DNA of 64,000 nt, from NCBI GenBank assembly GCA_902555665.1, contig CACDTF010000004.1, positions 3,834 to 67,833 on the forward strand, in the 5' to 3' direction. The notes below the pieces were generated by a model. That model worked only from the letters and a program-made list of their open reading frames with translations, did not search any database and had not been told where the DNA came from. This stretch comes from an uncultured Pelagibacteraceae bacterium (GTDB lineage Bacteria; Pseudomonadota; Alphaproteobacteria; Pelagibacterales; Pelagibacteraceae). A program made the translations under genes and the position numbers. Shown one piece after another: positions 9,462 to 19,150 of this stretch (positions within the stretch are counted from its first letter, which is position 1; each line of letters starts with the position of its first letter).

Positions 9462-10024
9462 TTTAATTCCACTTTAAACATAGCCTCATTTCTTCTATTC
9501 ATTGGAAGTGTAAATGGACTGTCATAGGTTGCTCTAATAGGTGGGCTTATAATTGATATATTATTTTTTTGTAACTCTTTTTCTAAAATTTCTTTATGCT
9601 TAAGAAAGTTTCCATCTGATGCTCGTCCAGAATATCTTAACACCGCGTAGTGTCCTCCCTCGATATTAACAATTTTAACGTCTTCCCTGCTGGGATTTGG
9701 TGCATTTTCTGAATTAAATTTAGAGGGCAAATAAAATTGCATACTCATATTTCCATTTTTCTCAACTTGAGTAACTGGGGTAGTCATTTTAATTTTCTCT
9801 TGAGTATCGTTTCTACCTGAAATGTAATTAAATAACTTTCTAAAGTTACTATCTATTCCAGATGTCATAGTTTCAACCGCTAAACGATCAGAATATTTTC
9901 TAATCTCATAAACTTCATTTTTAGAGACTATTTCATAATTTGCTTCTTCGTAAGCCATAACTTTAGAATACGGTAAAAGAAATAAAGCACAAAATACTAT
10001 AAAATAAAGTTTAATAATTTTCAT
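9458..10024 (-). CDS. SOUL family heme-binding protein
   Basis: YEIRKY, FRKLFNYISG.N, IKMTTPV, PFTLP..RRNE. Confidence 0.92.
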   Translation of the reverse strand: MKIIKLYFIVFCALFLLPYSKVMAYEEANYEIVSKNEVYEIRKYSDRLAVETMTSGIDSNFRKLFNYISGRNDTQEKIKMTTPVTQVEKNGNMSMQFYLPSKFNSENAPNPSREDVKIVNIEGGHYAVLRYSGRASDGNFLKHKEILEKELQKNNISIISPPIRATYDSPFTLPMNRRNEAMFKVELN

Positions 10025-10026
10025 TT

Positions 10027-10581
10027 TTACATAACTTTATATTCAAAATTTTGTGTAGTTTCATTAATTTGGATTAATTTAGCGCCATTTCTTACATGAA
10101 AGTTAGTTGCCATCTCTGTTAGTGGTGAAAGAGTTACTAATCTATTTAAGTGATTAGATTTTTTTATATTTTTAAAAACTTCTTTTACAATTAATTTTCC
10201 TCCACCCTTTTTTTTGGACCAAACAGTATATGCAATTGCTATTTGACCACCTGATTGATCTCTCATTGCTGTTTGAAGAAATGCATCAGTGCTTAATTTT
10301 TCTAACTCTTCAACACTTTTTGGAATTTCATTTGTATAAGCAAAACACATTACAGCATGAATTTCTCCTTGATATTCGACACCAAAAATCTTTCTTCCAT
10401 ATCCTGTTCTAAACTTGTTATCTAATTCTGGTCTAACAGGATCCTCTTCAGGATTACATTCTTTAAGTTCAACAAGTTTTGCACCTTTAACCCATCCAAA
10501 AAAATTATCAATATTTTTACTTAAAGCTTGTCTATTTTTTCTTAATCTTGCTTTAATTCTTGGTTTAAATTTTTTTTTCAT
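10027..10581 (-). CDS. Hypothetical protein resembling the GNAT-fold core of malonyl-CoA decarboxylase
   Basis: AIAYTVWS...GKLIVKEV...RLVTLSP recalls the MCD segment AxFYSIS...GNFLIKxV...TFxTLSP. Confidence 0.55.
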   Translation of the reverse strand: MKKKFKPRIKARLRKNRQALSKNIDNFFGWVKGAKLVELKECNPEEDPVRPELDNKFRTGYGRKIFGVEYQGEIHAVMCFAYTNEIPKSVEELEKLSTDAFLQTAMRDQSGGQIAIAYTVWSKKKGGGKLIVKEVFKNIKKSNHLNRLVTLSPLTEMATNFHVRNGAKLIQINETTQNFEYKVM

Positions 10582-10635
10582 TTTTATAATAATTATTATC
10601 TAACACTTATTTTAAAATTTTAATGCGTTATTAAA

Positions 10636-11382
10636 TCATACCAGGTAATCATACAAAAGCTTTGCACTAGTAACAAAAATTAAAGCATATAAAATATTGT
10701 AAAATAATTTTTCCTCTATAATTTTAAGTAATTGATATCCAATTAATATTCCAAGTAATGCAACTGGAAACAATGTTGCTGACTGTTTAAAAGACTCAAA
10801 GTTTGTCATAGATAAACTAATGTATAATGGAAGTTTAATTAAATTTACAAAAGTAAAAAAAAATATTCTTGTACCTACATAAATTTCTTTTTTCATTCTA
10901 AGTGGAAGTAAATAAAGACTAGTAGGAGTTCCTCCCGCATGTACACAAAAACTTGTAAATCCTGCTACAACTGAGCAAGCACCACCTTTAAAAAAATTTA
11001 TTTCTGATTTTTTTTCTTTGTTTTTTTTAAAAAAAAAGTAATGACCAGCAAACAAGAAGCCCATAACTCCAATAATAAATTTAAGTAATTCCTCTGAAAA
11101 ATATGAAAAAGTTAATGATCCAATGAATATTCCAATAGCTGCAAATGGAACCATTAATTTTAAAGTTCCTAAGTCAAATTCTTTTCTATATTTATAAACT
11201 GCAATAAAATCTGAAAATATTAATATTGGTAAAATAATTCCTAAAGCTTGGTTTAATGGCATCACTATGGTCATTAATGGTACAGAAATTAAAGTCATAG
11301 AGCCACCTAGACCTGATTTTGCAATTCCATATAAAATAATGGCAGGAACAACAGTTAAGAAAAATAAGAAGTTTATTTCCAT
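10636..11382 (-). CDS. TauE/SafE (sulfite exporter) family membrane protein
   Basis: GIAKSGLGG and AGFTSFCVHAGGTP motifs, multi-TM. Confidence 0.88.
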   Translation of the reverse strand: MEINFLFFLTVVPAIILYGIAKSGLGGSMTLISVPLMTIVMPLNQALGIILPILIFSDFIAVYKYRKEFDLGTLKLMVPFAAIGIFIGSLTFSYFSEELLKFIIGVMGFLFAGHYFFFKKNKEKKSEINFFKGGACSVVAGFTSFCVHAGGTPTSLYLLPLRMKKEIYVGTRIFFFTFVNLIKLPLYISLSMTNFESFKQSATLFPVALLGILIGYQLLKIIEEKLFYNILYALIFVTSAKLLYDYLV

Positions 11383-11642
11383 CTATTTAATGATTTTAAT
11401 AATTTCGATCCTAAAGGACTAATTGGTTCTTGAAGTATTATTTCTTTTTTAGTTTTTTCTTTTACTAATTCTAATAATTTAGTTGCTAAACCATGTTTTC
11501 TAAAAATTGGATTAACAAAAATATATTCTACCTCGCCTTTCTCATTAAATCTAACAAAGCCAATTGTTGTATTTTTATTTTTAAAAGTAAAAACTCCATC
11601 TGTTTCCTTTATTTCAAAATTTGAAAAATCAAGACTGTTCAT
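11373..11642 (-). CDS. Small GNAT family N-acetyltransferase
   Basis: Motif A IFVNPIFRKHGLATKLL. Confidence 0.75.
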   Translation of the reverse strand: MNSLDFSNFEIKETDGVFTFKNKNTTIGFVRFNEKGEVEYIFVNPIFRKHGLATKLLELVKEKTKKEIILQEPISPLGSKLLKSLNRWK

Positions 11643-11647
11643 AAATC

Positions 11648-11812
11648 CTAATAATTCAGGAGCAAAAGGATTACCGCAATAGCAGCAATTATTGAGCTAA
11701 CAACAATATAATTAAGCTTTATATTGAATTTTTTTTCTACAAACTCAGTAATTTTTTCCCAAAATAAAACTATTAAAAAAATAATTATAGCTGGAAGAAT
11801 ATATTTAATCAT
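11648..11812 (-). CDS. 54-aa two-helix membrane protein (missed by the ORF track)
   Basis: Manual translation MIKYILPAIIIFLIVLFWEKITEFVEKKFNIKLNYIVVSSIIAAIAVILLLLNY; fills the gap with 2-nt and 5-nt spacing to co-oriented neighbours. Confidence 0.75.
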   Translation of the reverse strand: MIKYILPAIIIFLIVLFWEKITEFVEKKFNIKLNYIVVSSIIAAIAVILLLLNY

Positions 11813-11814
11813 AA

Positions 11815-12582
11815 TTAAGCTTTCATGTTATAACCTTTTTTAAGCAGGCTAGTAACTACACCTATACAAATAACAAGGAAAGCTATCATTAAACCTACGC
11901 TTATCCATATATTAAAGTCTGATACCCCGTAAAAAGAAAATCTTAATCCATTTATCAAATAAACAACTGGATTAAAATAAGTAACTATTTGCCAAAACTC
12001 TGGAAGCATATCTAAAGAATATAAGCTACCGCCTAAAAAAACCATTGGTGTTATCACCAAAGATGGAATAATTGACATTTGTTCAAAATTTGAACTCATC
12101 AAACCAATTAAGAAACCAAATAAAGCAAAAGTAAATGAAACTAATACTAAAAGAAATATCATCAACAATGGGTATTTAACTTCAACTTCAACAAAAAAAG
12201 TAGATGTTAAAAAAATCATTAAACCAACTATCAGTGTTTTGGTTGCCCCTGCACCAACAAATGCAAGAACTATTTCTAGAGTTGAAATTGGTGCTGCTAA
12301 AATTTCGTAAATTGTTCCATTAAATTTAGGAAAAAAAATACCAAATGAAGTATTGCTAATTGACTGTGTTAAAAGGGTCAGCATCAATAATCCAGGTACA
12401 ATGTATGATCCATAACTTATCCCATCAATTTTTTGCACATAACCGCCTATAACTGAACCAAAAACAATAAAGTATAAAGAAGTTGATAAAACTGGTGATA
12501 ACAAAGATTGCATCAATGTTCTTCTAAATCTATCCATTTCATGAAGATAAATTGCTTTGAATGCGTAATAATTAAATTTCAT
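11815..12582 (-). CDS. ABC-2 type permease (YadH-like)
   Basis: [31 protein letters not shown]; start moved to 12582. Confidence 0.9.
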   Translation of the reverse strand: MKFNYYAFKAIYLHEMDRFRRTLMQSLLSPVLSTSLYFIVFGSVIGGYVQKIDGISYGSYIVPGLLMLTLLTQSISNTSFGIFFPKFNGTIYEILAAPISTLEIVLAFVGAGATKTLIVGLMIFLTSTFFVEVEVKYPLLMIFLLVLVSFTFALFGFLIGLMSSNFEQMSIIPSLVITPMVFLGGSLYSLDMLPEFWQIVTYFNPVVYLINGLRFSFYGVSDFNIWISVGLMIAFLVICIGVVTSLLKKGYNMKA

Positions 12583-13507
12583 TGTTTTCCTTAACCAAAG
12601 TAACAAATATTTTTTCTAATGTGCTTTGTTCTGTTTTTAAATCTTTTAATTTTAGTCCTGTGTCTTTTAAATCTTGAAGCAAATTTGTGATACCTGTTTG
12701 TTTTGCTTGGACATTATATGTATAATCTATCGACATATTATCTTTTCCAATTTCAAGATTATATTTTTCTAAACTCTTTGGTATTTCTAAAATTTCTTCC
12801 TGTAAGTCTACTGTAAGTTTCTTGTGACCCATTTTTTTCAATAATTCTTTAGTTTCGTCTACTACAATAATTTCACCTTGATTTATAACACCTACACGAT
12901 CTGCAATCGCTTCAGCTTCCTCTATATAATGCGTGGTTAAAATAATTGTTACACCAGTTTTTCTCAAATCTTCAACTATACTCCACATATCTTTTCTAAG
13001 CTCAACATCTACACCAGCTGTAGGTTCGTCTAAAAATAAAATGGATGGCTCATGAGATAAAGCTTTTGCAATTAATACTCTTCTTTTCATTCCACCAGAT
13101 AATTGTCTAAGGCTTAAATCTTTTTTATCCCATAAACTTAAATCTTTTAAAATCTTTTCTATATAATCTGGATTAGGTTTTTTGCCATAAAGACCTCTTG
13201 AATATGAAACATTGTTAAACACACTTTCAAATTGTTCTAATGTCAATTCTTGTGGAACTAATCCAATTTTAGATCTAGTCAATCTGTAATCTTTAATTAT
13301 ATCAAGGTCATCAACAGTTACTTTGCCTGAGGAAAGTCTAACAATTCCGCAAATGATGCTTATAAGTGTGGTTTTTCCAGCACCATTTGGTCCGAGCATT
13401 GCAAAAATTTCGCCTTTCTTGATATTTAGATTTATATTTTTTAATGCCTTAAATCCATTATCGAATACTTTTGATAAATTATTTATGCTTATTTGATCAT
13501 TTGACAT
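12572..13507 (-). CDS. ABC transporter ATP-binding protein (YadG-like)
   Basis: [30 protein letters not shown]. Confidence 0.92.
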   Translation of the reverse strand: MSNDQISINNLSKVFDNGFKALKNINLNIKKGEIFAMLGPNGAGKTTLISIICGIVRLSSGKVTVDDLDIIKDYRLTRSKIGLVPQELTLEQFESVFNNVSYSRGLYGKKPNPDYIEKILKDLSLWDKKDLSLRQLSGGMKRRVLIAKALSHEPSILFLDEPTAGVDVELRKDMWSIVEDLRKTGVTIILTTHYIEEAEAIADRVGVINQGEIIVVDETKELLKKMGHKKLTVDLQEEILEIPKSLEKYNLEIGKDNMSIDYTYNVQAKQTGITNLLQDLKDTGLKLKDLKTEQSTLEKIFVTLVKENNEI

Positions 13508-13577
13508 GAGTTAGGCATATATAGAGACAATTTATGTTATTACAATGAATTAAAATTTGCTCTAGGTTTATGAATTT

Positions 13578-13946
13578 ATGAAAAAATTTTTAGTATTTAT
13601 CTGCTTTGTAATAACAATTAGCACTTCAGCAATTGGGAAGGAAACTACCTATAGCAAAGAATTATTCGATCAAGCTTTATCAGAAGGAAAAGTTGTTGTG
13701 GTAAGTTCTTGGATTAAATATTGCTCATCGTGTGCGGGTCAAATGAAAGTTTTAAAAAAAGCAAAAAAAGATTTTGATAATATAGAATACTTTGTTTTTG
13801 ATGTAACAAATAAAGAAATTGCTCAATTTTTTAATGTTCAATATCAAACAACGCTTTTAATTTTTAAAGATAATAAGGAAGTTTACAGAAGTATTGGTGA
13901 GACTACCAAAGAACTTATTTATGATGCTTTAAAATCTTCTATCTAA
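13578..13946 (+). CDS. Exported thioredoxin-family protein
   Basis: Signal peptide, CSSC motif, thioredoxin-like C-terminus TLLIFKDNKEVYR. Confidence 0.8.
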   Translation: MKKFLVFICFVITISTSAIGKETTYSKELFDQALSEGKVVVVSSWIKYCSSCAGQMKVLKKAKKDFDNIEYFVFDVTNKEIAQFFNVQYQTTLLIFKDNKEVYRSIGETTKELIYDALKSSI

Positions 13947-15378
13947 ATTTAATTTTTAAAATTATTGCAGGCAAGAAAGTTGCAATCAAAAAAGATAAAA
14001 ATAATAAAGATTGAGCTACAAAAGATGAAAATAAATCTGTGGGAAAAATTACTCCCACTAATAAACTTTTTGAAAAATCTGGAAATGGAAACATTAAAAT
14101 TCCAGCAACTAGACCAATTATAATTGAAACATAAGCAGTTTTTTCATCAACTTTATTATAAAAACTATAAAAAACAGTCATGACAAATGCACAACAAAAT
14201 AAATCTGCAAGTAAGAATAAATATAAAATATCAAATCCTTTTGAAGCAATTCCAAAAGCAATTACAGACAAGATTAAAATGAAATATTTAGATATTTTTA
14301 AGTAATCAGTTTTTTTATCTAAGTTAAAAGTTGCTTTGCCATCAACTACAAACAAACTGGAAATAGCATTAACCAAAGTATCAACAGTAGAAATTGTTAA
14401 TGCAAGACCAAGGATAATGACCAATAGTGATAAAATTTCTGTTTGACTTTTTAATAGTAAACTAAAAAATCCCAAATCAGGTCTAACGGATGGATCAATT
14501 GAAAATGAAACCATTCCAATAAAACCCATTAAGAAAACTATTGGAACAATAACAAAAAAAGAAATTATCAAGCTACTTTTTAATGTTTGATAATCTTTTG
14601 CTGCGAACACTCTTTGCCAATTTCCCTGATGAAATAAATTAGTTGCTGCAACTGCTATAAAGAAAGTTAATCCAGCAGTATATCCTGGAATATAATTTGA
14701 ACTAATTAGTTTAGGATTTTTCTCACTAATTAAAGAAAAAGAAAAATTATCTCCTGAAGATGAACTAATGATTGAAATTAAAACAAATAATAAAACACTA
14801 ATTACAATCATTTGAATATTATCAGTAAATATTGACGCTCTTAAACCCCCATAAAGGGTATAGCTTAAAGTAGCTACCAAAACTATTAACGCTGTAATCC
14901 ACAATTCTGTTCCAGATATATAATTGATTAATACAGCAACCGCCGTTACTTCTGCACAAAGAAAAACGAACATATAAAAGATTGTCATTAACAAAATTAA
15001 CTTAAATAGGCTTTTGCTAAATTTCTTTCTCATAAACTCAACTAAAGAAGACCCTTTTGGAAATTCATTTCTAATTTTTTTTCCAAAATAAATTAAGAAA
15101 ATCATTGGAAAAGCTGTACCTAATGCATATCCAATAACAGCACCTACTCCGCCCCATGTTGCAGCCGCAACTGGACCAAATAAAATCCAGGCTCCTAAAG
15201 CTGATGCTACAAGACTTGTGGTAAGTGAAAATAAACCAATGTTTCTATTTGCAGTTAGATAATTATTAATTCCTTTAAATTTTTTAGAATGAAAAATTCC
15301 TAAGAAAGCAAATATTAAACTAATTGTGATAACTAATATTAATGACGTTGATTGAGTTAAAAAATATGTTTTATCCAT
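13939..15378 (-). CDS. thiV: Sodium:solute symporter, ThiV-type thiamin-precursor (HMP) transporter
   Basis: SSS motifs (YTLYGGLRASIFTD.IQ, WQRVFAA) plus the TPP riboswitch immediately upstream. Confidence 0.85.
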   Translation of the reverse strand: MDKTYFLTQSTSLILVITISLIFAFLGIFHSKKFKGINNYLTANRNIGLFSLTTSLVASALGAWILFGPVAAATWGGVGAVIGYALGTAFPMIFLIYFGKKIRNEFPKGSSLVEFMRKKFSKSLFKLILLMTIFYMFVFLCAEVTAVAVLINYISGTELWITALIVLVATLSYTLYGGLRASIFTDNIQMIVISVLLFVLISIISSSSGDNFSFSLISEKNPKLISSNYIPGYTAGLTFFIAVAATNLFHQGNWQRVFAAKDYQTLKSSLIISFFVIVPIVFLMGFIGMVSFSIDPSVRPDLGFFSLLLKSQTEILSLLVIILGLALTISTVDTLVNAISSLFVVDGKATFNLDKKTDYLKISKYFILILSVIAFGIASKGFDILYLFLLADLFCCAFVMTVFYSFYNKVDEKTAYVSIIIGLVAGILMFPFPDFSKSLLVGVIFPTDLFSSFVAQSLLFLSFLIATFLPAIILKIKFR

Positions 15379-15379
15379 T

Positions 15380-15450
15380 TTATCCCTTTCTGAATTACCG
15401 GACAGGTTCTTAGGGTATGATCTCAGTCTGTTAAGACACCCCTTAAGATG
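15380..15450 (-). ncRNA. TPP-class riboswitch (compact variant)
   Basis: Minus strand AUCUUA-AGGGGUG-UCU-UAAC-AGA-CUGAGA-UCAU-ACCCUAA-GAA-CCUG-UCCGG-UAAU-UCAGA-AAGGGAU; the P1 3' strand coincides with the RBS. Confidence 0.88.
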
Positions 15451-15504
15451 ACCTTTATATTATATTAATCAATATAGCTAGTAATTTAAATTATATTTCT
15501 TAAA

Positions 15505-15798
15505 TCATTTTTGACTTTTATGATTCATTATTTCAATCATGCACTGAGTGGCGTATTCTCTCCACTCAATTGAAGTTTTGTTCTTTAAGCTATTTAGATG
15601 ATTTCTATTACTTTGAATATCATCTTTATGTTTAATGTAATCAGCTCCATTTAAGTTTTTCTCCATTTCAGACAAATTTGTTTCCATTGCTTTTATCCAT
15701 TCTTTCCCAAGCTCAATACATTTTTGATCATCTTTTTCATCACAAATTTGTTTAAAAAAATTAAAAATAACATCATCAGTATTTACTGAGGTATTCAT
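15505..15798 (-). CDS. Hypothetical helical protein
   Basis: 97-aa ORF, 3 nt from the upstream gene. Confidence 0.7.
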   Translation of the reverse strand: MNTSVNTDDVIFNFFKQICDEKDDQKCIELGKEWIKAMETNLSEMEKNLNGADYIKHKDDIQSNRNHLNSLKNKTSIEWREYATQCMIEIMNHKSQK

Positions 15799-15801
15799 TA
15801 A

Positions 15802-16311
15802 TTATTGTTTACAAGTACCAATAGACTCTGGACCACACGTTTGACCATTAGTCCAAGTAGCTCCAGTTAAATTAGCACCATCAAAATTAGCGTTAGTGAT
15901 ATTAGAAGATGTAAAGTTGGCTTCCATTAAATTTGAGTTTTGAAAATTTGCTTCGATTAAAGTTGCTCCCATAAAATCAACTCTAGTTAGGTTTGCTCCA
16001 GTAAAGTTAGTTTTTTCAAAATTTGCACCAATTGAAACAGACTCGTAAAGATTAGCTCTTACAAATGTAGATTCTGGAAACGTTCCAAATGATAGATTAG
16101 ATGTCATCATAATGCTTTTATCAAAATTCACTTGAATAAAACTTGCAAAAGAAAGATTTGAATTTGGAAGATAACTTCCTTGTAAATCTTGAGAATCTGA
16201 AAATCTACAATTAGAATAATCCACACCTTCTGTTAAAGGATCGTCACATGCAGCATTTGAATTTGTGAAAAATAATAAACTAAATAAAGCAAGTAAGATA
16301 ATTTTTTTCAT
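15802..16311 (-). CDS. Exported pentapeptide repeat protein
   Basis: Repeated ANL/ANF pentapeptides, signal peptide, terminal CGPESIGTC; start moved to 16311. Confidence 0.92.
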   Translation of the reverse strand: MKKIILLALFSLLFFTNSNAACDDPLTEGVDYSNCRFSDSQDLQGSYLPNSNLSFASFIQVNFDKSIMMTSNLSFGTFPESTFVRANLYESVSIGANFEKTNFTGANLTRVDFMGATLIEANFQNSNLMEANFTSSNITNANFDGANLTGATWTNGQTCGPESIGTCKQ

Positions 16312-16372
16312 GTAAAAAGTTAACAAATAAAATATGTCAAAACAATGAATGATTTAAATTTTAATAAAAATT

Positions 16373-17410
16373 TTATATTCTTACTTTTTTACCAGTTTTT
16401 GCACTTTTAGTTATTGCTGCAAAAATTTTGAGAGAAATTAAACCATCATTACCATTCACTTTTGGTTTAGTTTTTTTATTCACCACATCAGCAAAATGGT
16501 CAATTTGGTTTACTAATGTATTGTCGTCTTTTTTGTTTTTATCTTCATTAACAAAAATCTTGTTCCACCAGCTTCGTTCTTTTTTATAGAACCAGTATTT
16601 AAGATTAGGAAACTGTAAAGAACCTTTTGTGCCTCCAATCATATATGCAGATTGGTTTGTAATTGGGTATGCAGGATTTTCTCCGGCGGTTAATTCATAA
16701 CTCCACGGTGCAACAATTGTATCTGATAAATTTAGTGTACAAAGTGCTCCTGAGTTAAAGATCAAGCTTATGGTAGCTGTATCTTCTACTTGAAATTTTC
16801 TGGTTATATTTGTTGTAAATGCTTGAACGTATTTTATTGAACCCAATAAATAACAAATCATATCAATGTCATGAACTAAATTGATACCTAAAGGCCCACC
16901 ACCTTTACTAACTCTCCATTTTTCTTTGTAATATGCTTTATGTTTATACAACCAACACAAAATGTTTGCAGAAACAATTTTACCTAATTTACCTTTGTTA
17001 ATAATGTCTTTTACTTTAGAGACTATTGAATTGTGTCTACGATGATATCCAATTAGCAATGGAGTTTTATTCCTGTAAGCGCTACTTATAATTTTTTTTG
17101 CAGATTGAATGTTATCTGAAATAGGTTTCTCTAACAACACAGGTATTTTATTTTTTAAAAAACTTAAAGTATGTTTTTCATGCAATTGATTAGGAGTAGC
17201 AACTATTACAGCATCAAGTTTTTTTGAGTTTAAAAGCTCTGATACATTTGAATACAATGGAATTTTGTATTTATTTGATAAATTTTTAGCATTATTACTA
17301 ATATCTACAATTGAATGAAGATTTGCTTTCTTTGATTTTTGAATAGCTTTTATATGTTGTAAACCCATTAATCCTGTTCCAACGATTGAGATATTAATTT
17401 TTTTACTCAT
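16373..17410 (-). CDS. Gfo/Idh/MocA oxidoreductase
   Basis: GTGLMG, EKPI, GYHRRH, HDID. Confidence 0.9.
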   Translation of the reverse strand: MSKKINISIVGTGLMGLQHIKAIQKSKKANLHSIVDISNNAKNLSNKYKIPLYSNVSELLNSKKLDAVIVATPNQLHEKHTLSFLKNKIPVLLEKPISDNIQSAKKIISSAYRNKTPLLIGYHRRHNSIVSKVKDIINKGKLGKIVSANILCWLYKHKAYYKEKWRVSKGGGPLGINLVHDIDMICYLLGSIKYVQAFTTNITRKFQVEDTATISLIFNSGALCTLNLSDTIVAPWSYELTAGENPAYPITNQSAYMIGGTKGSLQFPNLKYWFYKKERSWWNKIFVNEDKNKKDDNTLVNQIDHFADVVNKKTKPKVNGNDGLISLKIFAAITKSAKTGKKVRI

Positions 17411-17413
17411 AAA

Positions 17414-18382
17414 TTAATTAATTTTAATTTTTGTAAAGCATGTATACCTTTTATTAGGTCTAATTAAAGTACTTGGAAAATTTTTTTTATTAGGTGCATC
17501 AGGAAAATATTGTGTTTCTAAACAAATACCTTGATAAGGAAATAATTTTTTTTTGTAATTCAGATTTTGTGCTGAATAAAGTTGGACACCAGGTAAATTT
17601 GAAAAAAAATCAACTTGAATATTTGTATTATTATTTTTTAAATTTCCAACTAAATTTCTAATATTTTTCTTTACAACAAAAGTTGTGTCAAAACCTTTAA
17701 ATTTAATATCAAGCTTTTTATTTTTAAAGTAATCTAATTTTTTACTGATGTTTTCAAAATTTGAAAAATCATAAATAGATTTTTTTACATTTTTGAAACT
17801 ACCAGTTGGGATCAGGTTTTTATCAATTTGAAGATATTTAGATGAATTTAATTTTAACTCATGATTATAAATCATATTTTTTTTATTTTTTTCTAAATTC
17901 CAGTAACTATGATTAGTTAAATTAACATGAGTAGTTTTATTAGATTTATATTCATATTTTATAATAAGAAATTTATTTCTTAATTGATAAGTACAATTGA
18001 CAACTAGATTTCCTGGAAAGCCTTGATCATTATCTATTGAATGGATTTGATATATTACTTTATCTTTTGTTTGATTTAATTTTTTCCAGGGAAGAATTGA
18101 GAAACCAACTTTACCACCATGAAGTGTATTTTTTCCCTCATTTGTATTTAAAATAAATTCTTTATTACGTATCTTAAATTTTGAATTAGAAATTCTACCT
18201 GCATATCTTCCACAAGTCGATCCGACATTTGGGTGTTTACACCGATAGTTTTCTTTTGATCCTAAATTTAAAATTAAATTTACTTTTTTTTTCTTGTGAT
18301 AAACTTCAAAAAGACTGGCACCATAATTAAGAGTTTGAACTCTTAGAAATTTATTTTGAATTGTCGAGCTTTCAACTTTCAC
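17414..18382 (-). CDS. galM: Aldose 1-epimerase (mutarotase)
   Basis: GRYAGRI, LHGG, GFPGNL, NLTNHSYWNL, CLETQ..PD. Confidence 0.93.
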   Translation of the reverse strand: MKVESSTIQNKFLRVQTLNYGASLFEVYHKKKKVNLILNLGSKENYRCKHPNVGSTCGRYAGRISNSKFKIRNKEFILNTNEGKNTLHGGKVGFSILPWKKLNQTKDKVIYQIHSIDNDQGFPGNLVVNCTYQLRNKFLIIKYEYKSNKTTHVNLTNHSYWNLEKNKKNMIYNHELKLNSSKYLQIDKNLIPTGSFKNVKKSIYDFSNFENISKKLDYFKNKKLDIKFKGFDTTFVVKKNIRNLVGNLKNNNTNIQVDFFSNLPGVQLYSAQNLNYKKKLFPYQGICLETQYFPDAPNKKNFPSTLIRPNKRYTCFTKIKIN

Positions 18383-18387
18383 CTAGA

Positions 18388-19149
18388 TCAAGTTATGCCA
18401 CCATCAACAATAAAGCTTTGTTTTGTACATCCAGATGATTGATCTGATGCTAAAAACATCACTAACTGAGCTACATCGTTAGGTTTTAACTGTCTTTTTA
18501 AAGCTTGGCTGTCCAAAATAAGCTTTTTATATTTTGGTGTTAACCAATGTTTAATTTGTCTTTCAGTTGCAATTGAACCAGGTACAACTGAATTTGTTCT
18601 AATATTGTATTTTCCATATTCTTGAGCAAATGATCTTGTTAAACCTACTACTGCAGATTTTGCTGTTTCATAAACAACTTTATCACCTTCACCTAGCATC
18701 CACGAAACTGAACTCAAATTTACAATAGATCCTGCTTTAATTTTTTTCATTCCTTTTATGACTGCCTTAGCAGCAAAAAAATAATGTTTTAAATTTACAT
18801 CCATTCTGTTTTGCCAGTATTTTTCATCAACCTGATCCGTAGAATGCCTATCATCGTTCGCCGCATTGTTGATTAAAGCATGTATAGGTCCTTTGGTAGA
18901 AATAATTTTTTTAATAATTTTTTCTAATTTATTAATATCTAGTAAATTACACTCAATAAATGTTGGTAACCTAAATTTATTTTTTTTTATTTTGTTTAAT
19001 AATTTTTTTGTTTCTTTTAAATCAATATCAACAAAATAAACTTCGCTTCCTTGCTCACAAAAATGCTCAACGATTGATGCCCCGATTCCTGAACCTCCAC
19101 CAGTTATAAATATTCTTTTATTTTTTAAATCTGAATATTTTACTTTCAT
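18388..19149 (-). CDS. SDR, D-xylose 1-dehydrogenase-like (Caulobacter XylB type)
   Basis: ITGGGSGIGA, NNAANDDRH, YETAK, TERQ..HW; start moved to 19149. Confidence 0.8.
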   Translation of the reverse strand: MKVKYSDLKNKRIFITGGGSGIGASIVEHFCEQGSEVYFVDIDLKETKKLLNKIKKNKFRLPTFIECNLLDINKLEKIIKKIISTKGPIHALINNAANDDRHSTDQVDEKYWQNRMDVNLKHYFFAAKAVIKGMKKIKAGSIVNLSSVSWMLGEGDKVVYETAKSAVVGLTRSFAQEYGKYNIRTNSVVPGSIATERQIKHWLTPKYKKLILDSQALKRQLKPNDVAQLVMFLASDQSSGCTKQSFIVDGGIT

Positions 19150-19150
19150 A

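Noticed and set aside
15802-16311. DNA tandem repeat or CRISPR-like periodicity
   Set aside because: The periodicity is explained by the pentapeptide-repeat protein; there are no identical repeats with spacers.
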